From: an uncultured Gammaproteobacteria bacterium
GTDB taxonomy: Bacteria > Pseudomonadota > Gammaproteobacteria > DRLM01
Assembly: GCA_963729605.1 (NCBI GenBank)
Contig: CAVSNY010000007.1
Coordinates: 1,152,001 to 1,216,000 of the forward strand
Length of the DNA stretch: 64,000 bases
Reading direction: 5' to 3'
The notes under the pieces were generated by a model, which was not told where the DNA came from, made no database searches, and saw only the letters and a program-made list of their open reading frames with translations. This document shows, in pieces, positions 61,135 through 64,000 of the stretch. The position numbers and the translations under genes were made by a program. The stretch's first letter is position 1. Each line of letters begins with the position of its first letter.

Positions 61135-64000
61135 TTACACCGCCTCGTTGCCCGAGACCGTCCAAGTATCTTTGCGACAAACATAGCGCATCGCGCAATA
61201 ACCGCAGGTGCGATCGTCGCCCCAGGCCGGCAGCGGGGCGCCGGCGCTGATGTGGTCCAATAATGTAGCTAGCCGTTCGCCGTTGGCCGCCGCGAGGACG
61301 GCGAGGGCGTCGCCTTCGAGCGCGCCGTGGCTTTTGACCCGTTGGTCGAGGCCGAGATATTCGACGCGTTGCACGGGGTCGGGCATGAGCAGCGCGTAAA
61401 AAGGTAATTGCACGGCCTCGCCACTTTCCACGTCGGCGCTGCCAGCCATGATGCCGGTTTTGTAATCGATCAGCGCGACGCCGTCCGCATTGTGATCGAC
61501 GCGATCGAGACGCCCGGTGAGTGTCCAGCGGTCTTGATAACGTTGCTCGGTCTTCACTTCCACCGCGCCGACCCGCCATTCCCGTTGCCGTTCGATCTGC
61601 CAATCGACGTACTCGTCTATGCGCTCCAGCCAGCGTTGCAGCCAGCCGCGATGTACGAAGTTGTCTTCGAGGTCTTGCGCGAATACGGCGCGCGAGATTT
61701 CTTCGAGCGCGGCGACGGCCTCGCCGCGATTGGCGACGGTGAGCGGCGCGGCGTAAGGGCCGGGATAACCGGGCGCGCCGCCGTGAAAGGCCTGCAACGC
61801 TAAATGCACGCGTTCGCCGTAATCGGATTTTTCGAGGGCCTCGCGCACTACCTCCGGCGCACTGAGCCGCAGGCCGCGCGCGGCGAAGAATTGATAAGGA
61901 CAGTCCACCAGTTGTTGATAGGCACTGGCGGAGATTTTTTCCGGCAACATCTCCGCGGTCAGCGCCGGTGCGGGGCGGGTCTTCGGCGTGGGCAATTCGC
62001 GGGTGTCGGCGCGGAAGACTTGCGCCATCGGCTCGTCGACTAACGCGGCGAGTTGCGTGTCGGCGAGATCGTCGCCATAGGCCAGTTGATGAAAGCCGCT
62101 GATTATTTCCAGCCAGGGGCTGGGCAGGCGTTCTTCGCCGTTGTCTTCGCGCAGCAGCGTCAGCAATACCTGCGGCGCGCATTCGAGCAAGCGGCGGAAA
62201 TGATAAAACCGCTGGACGTAGCGTTCCCGCGAGGCGGGCAGGCCCAACTCGCGGCGCACCGCGTCGTTGAAAAACGGCGAGGGTTCGCCATTGCCGGGCA
62301 GGTGTTCGGCGTTGGCGCCGGCGATGATCAGCGCATCGCAGGTCGTCAACGCGCTTTGTTCCAGACTCAATAAAAATACCGCGGACGGCGCGGCGGGCGG
62401 CTGAAAGTTGTAGCGTTCCAAGGTGCGGCCCAGCCAGGTGCGGAAGTCGAGCCAGGTCATGGGCAGGGTGCGCCCGTGCAACGCGGCGCGCATCGCCGCC
62501 AGTTCTTGCAACACGCGCTCGCCGGCGGCGTCGCGCGAGAAGGCCTCCCGCATGCCCAGCGCTTGCAGGCTGGCTTCGAGCGCGTCGAGCAGACGGAGCG
62601 GCGCGTGGCGGTAGGGATCGCGCACGAAGGGCAGCAGCGGTTTGGCGGCGGCCTCCGCCTCGTTCAAGAGGTGTTCGACCGCGAAGCCCATGGCCTTGGA
62701 CAAGCGCGCGCGGCGGAAGGCGAGGTGGGTGCGATAACGTTGCAGGCCACGGCCGACGTTTTCGTGGATCACGATGTCCTGTTCGAAGCGATGCACCGCC
62801 GTCAGCCGCGCCGCGCGGTCTTGCCCGGGAAACACGAACGATGACTTGAGCAGATCGGTGAACGGTTGATAGGCGAAATCCTCTTCGAGGGTTTCTAGCC
62901 AGCGTTCGAGCGCCGCCGCCGCCGCGGTGGTGGAGAGGGCCCAGCCCGCGGCGTCGTGCAGGTTGACGTCGGCGCGTTCCAGCAAGGCGCGCAGCCGCCG
63001 CGCCAAGCGGCGGTCTTCGGTGACGATGCCGATGCGACGGCGGCCTTCCAGCAGCCAGCGCCGTATTTGAACGTCGATGGCGCGCGCCTCGTCCTCGGCG
63101 CCGCGCGCGCGGAATATTTTCAAGCGGTCCGCCGCGGGGCTGGCGGGAAACTCGCGGGCCCAGCGTTGCGCGCGCGCGGCCAGCAGTTGCTCATCGCCGG
63201 CGGGGGGCGCGAGTGCGCGCGGCGCGAATGCCGTATCGAGAAAACGGCTGAAGGGCGGCGCGGCGGACGGTTCGGCGGCGGCCGCGTTGGCGAAGAGCTT
63301 GCCGACCTGCGCGGGGTGGGGCAGATCATCGGCGCGGTTCGCGACAGGCGCGTGTTCGCCGTGGACGATGACGGTGAGTTCGCCGCGCTGCATCAAGGTG
63401 CGCGCCCACTGGTATTCCGCGGCGCTGAGCTGGCTATAACCCGCGAGGTAGAGCGTGTCGGATATGGGCTGTGCGAGGGAGCGGTCCAGCTGGGCGAGAT
63501 AGGCGGTCTCCGGATCGCCGCGATTTTCTTCGCGCAACTGGCGGTGCCAGGCCCGCCACAAAGTGTGAACGAGGCGCGCCTCGTCGCCGAGGGCGGCGGG
63601 CGATGTATTCAAACCGTAGGCCGTACGCAGACGGGTGAGAAAGGGGGTTATTTCGTCGGGCAATTCGACCCGGTGCAGGGTCAGCTCGGCGAATAAACGC
63701 GCGAGGTCGGCGGCCAGCCGCCAGGGATCGCCGTCGCCGAAGAGGGCGCGGTGCTGTTGCAGGCTTTCCACCAGCAGCAGTTCCCGCGCCTGCGGCGAGA
63801 GCGGGGCGGCGCCGCCGTGGCGGGCGGCCCATAGTCGCAGGCTGAGGATTTGCGGTCCCAGCAAGGCCTGCACGCCGTGGCGCGCGGCGGCGGCGAGCAG
63901 CCGGCGGCGCAGCCGCGCCGCGGCCTGGGGGTCGGGGAGCAGCACCGCGCACCGGCTGAGATCGGGCAGGGCGCGGCGCTGGCGGGTGATGATGAGGTCG
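61135..64000 (-). CDS. addB: AddB-like double-strand-break repair protein with a PD-(D/E)XK nuclease (5' end outside the window)
   Basis: SASAYQQLVDCPYQFFA, GRLDRVD, IDYKTG, QLPFYA and C-terminal CGYC...C Fe-S cysteines. Confidence 0.85.
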   Translation of the reverse strand, partial: DLIITRQRRALPDLSRCAVLLPDPQAAARLRRRLLAAAARHGVQALLGPQILSLRLWAARHGGAAPLSPQARELLLVESLQQHRALFGDGDPWRLAADLARLFAELTLHRVELPDEITPFLTRLRTAYGLNTSPAALGDEARLVHTLWRAWHRQLREENRGDPETAYLAQLDRSLAQPISDTLYLAGYSQLSAAEYQWARTLMQRGELTVIVHGEHAPVANRADDLPHPAQVGKLFANAAAAEPSAAPPFSRFLDTAFAPRALAPPAGDEQLLAARAQRWAREFPASPAADRLKIFRARGAEDEARAIDVQIRRWLLEGRRRIGIVTEDRRLARRLRALLERADVNLHDAAGWALSTTAAAAALERWLETLEEDFAYQPFTDLLKSSFVFPGQDRAARLTAVHRFEQDIVIHENVGRGLQRYRTHLAFRRARLSKAMGFAVEHLLNEAEAAAKPLLPFVRDPYRHAPLRLLDALEASLQALGMREAFSRDAAGERVLQELAAMRAALHGRTLPMTWLDFRTWLGRTLERYNFQPPAAPSAVFLLSLEQSALTTCDALIIAGANAEHLPGNGEPSPFFNDAVRRELGLPASRERYVQRFYHFRRLLECAPQVLLTLLREDNGEERLPSPWLEIISGFHQLAYGDDLADTQLAALVDEPMAQVFRADTRELPTPKTRPAPALTAEMLPEKISASAYQQLVDCPYQFFAARGLRLSAPEVVREALEKSDYGERVHLALQAFHGGAPGYPGPYAAPLTVANRGEAVAALEEISRAVFAQDLEDNFVHRGWLQRWLERIDEYVDWQIERQREWRVGAVEVKTEQRYQDRWTLTGRLDRVDHNADGVALIDYKTGIMAGSADVESGEAVQLPFYALLMPDPVQRVEYLGLDQRVKSHGALEGDALAVLAAANGERLATLLDHISAGAPLPAWGDDRTCGYCAMRYVCRKDTWTVSGNEAV

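Overview
This window is a GC-rich gammaproteobacterial chromosome segment. The housekeeping backbone is ribBA(end)-ribH-nusB-thiL-pgpA, folE2-queD-dxs, ispA-xseB, parE/parC, htpX, fimX/fimW-like genes, epmB-efp-epmA, psd, pncC-thpR-recA-recX-alaS-lysC-csrA, tRNA-Ser, tRNA-Arg and a partial addB-like gene. Accessory modules sit between these: a porin/binding-protein/GGDEF-EAL trio, a rubrerythrin operon with an Irr-box-like operator, a sigma28-preceded MCP + MauG-type diheme enzyme + cupredoxin + diheme cytochrome operon between parE and parC, a PEP-CTERM gene and an IS5-type MITE. The most unusual part is about 55.5-61.4 kb. It is an island bounded by the intact addB 3' end and a decayed copy of that end. 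It holds one decayed integron platform (attI-like site plus intI N-terminal stub), a probable second one, two attC sites and three cassette genes (TIR-domain, HEPN-like/Zn-ribbon, Trypco2-like). A 22-25 bp repeat (AAATAAATCTGTCCCG) cuts and brackets the integron unit. Single-base frameshifts in alaS and htpX suggest sequencing indels. All calls come from reading the sequence; no database search was run.
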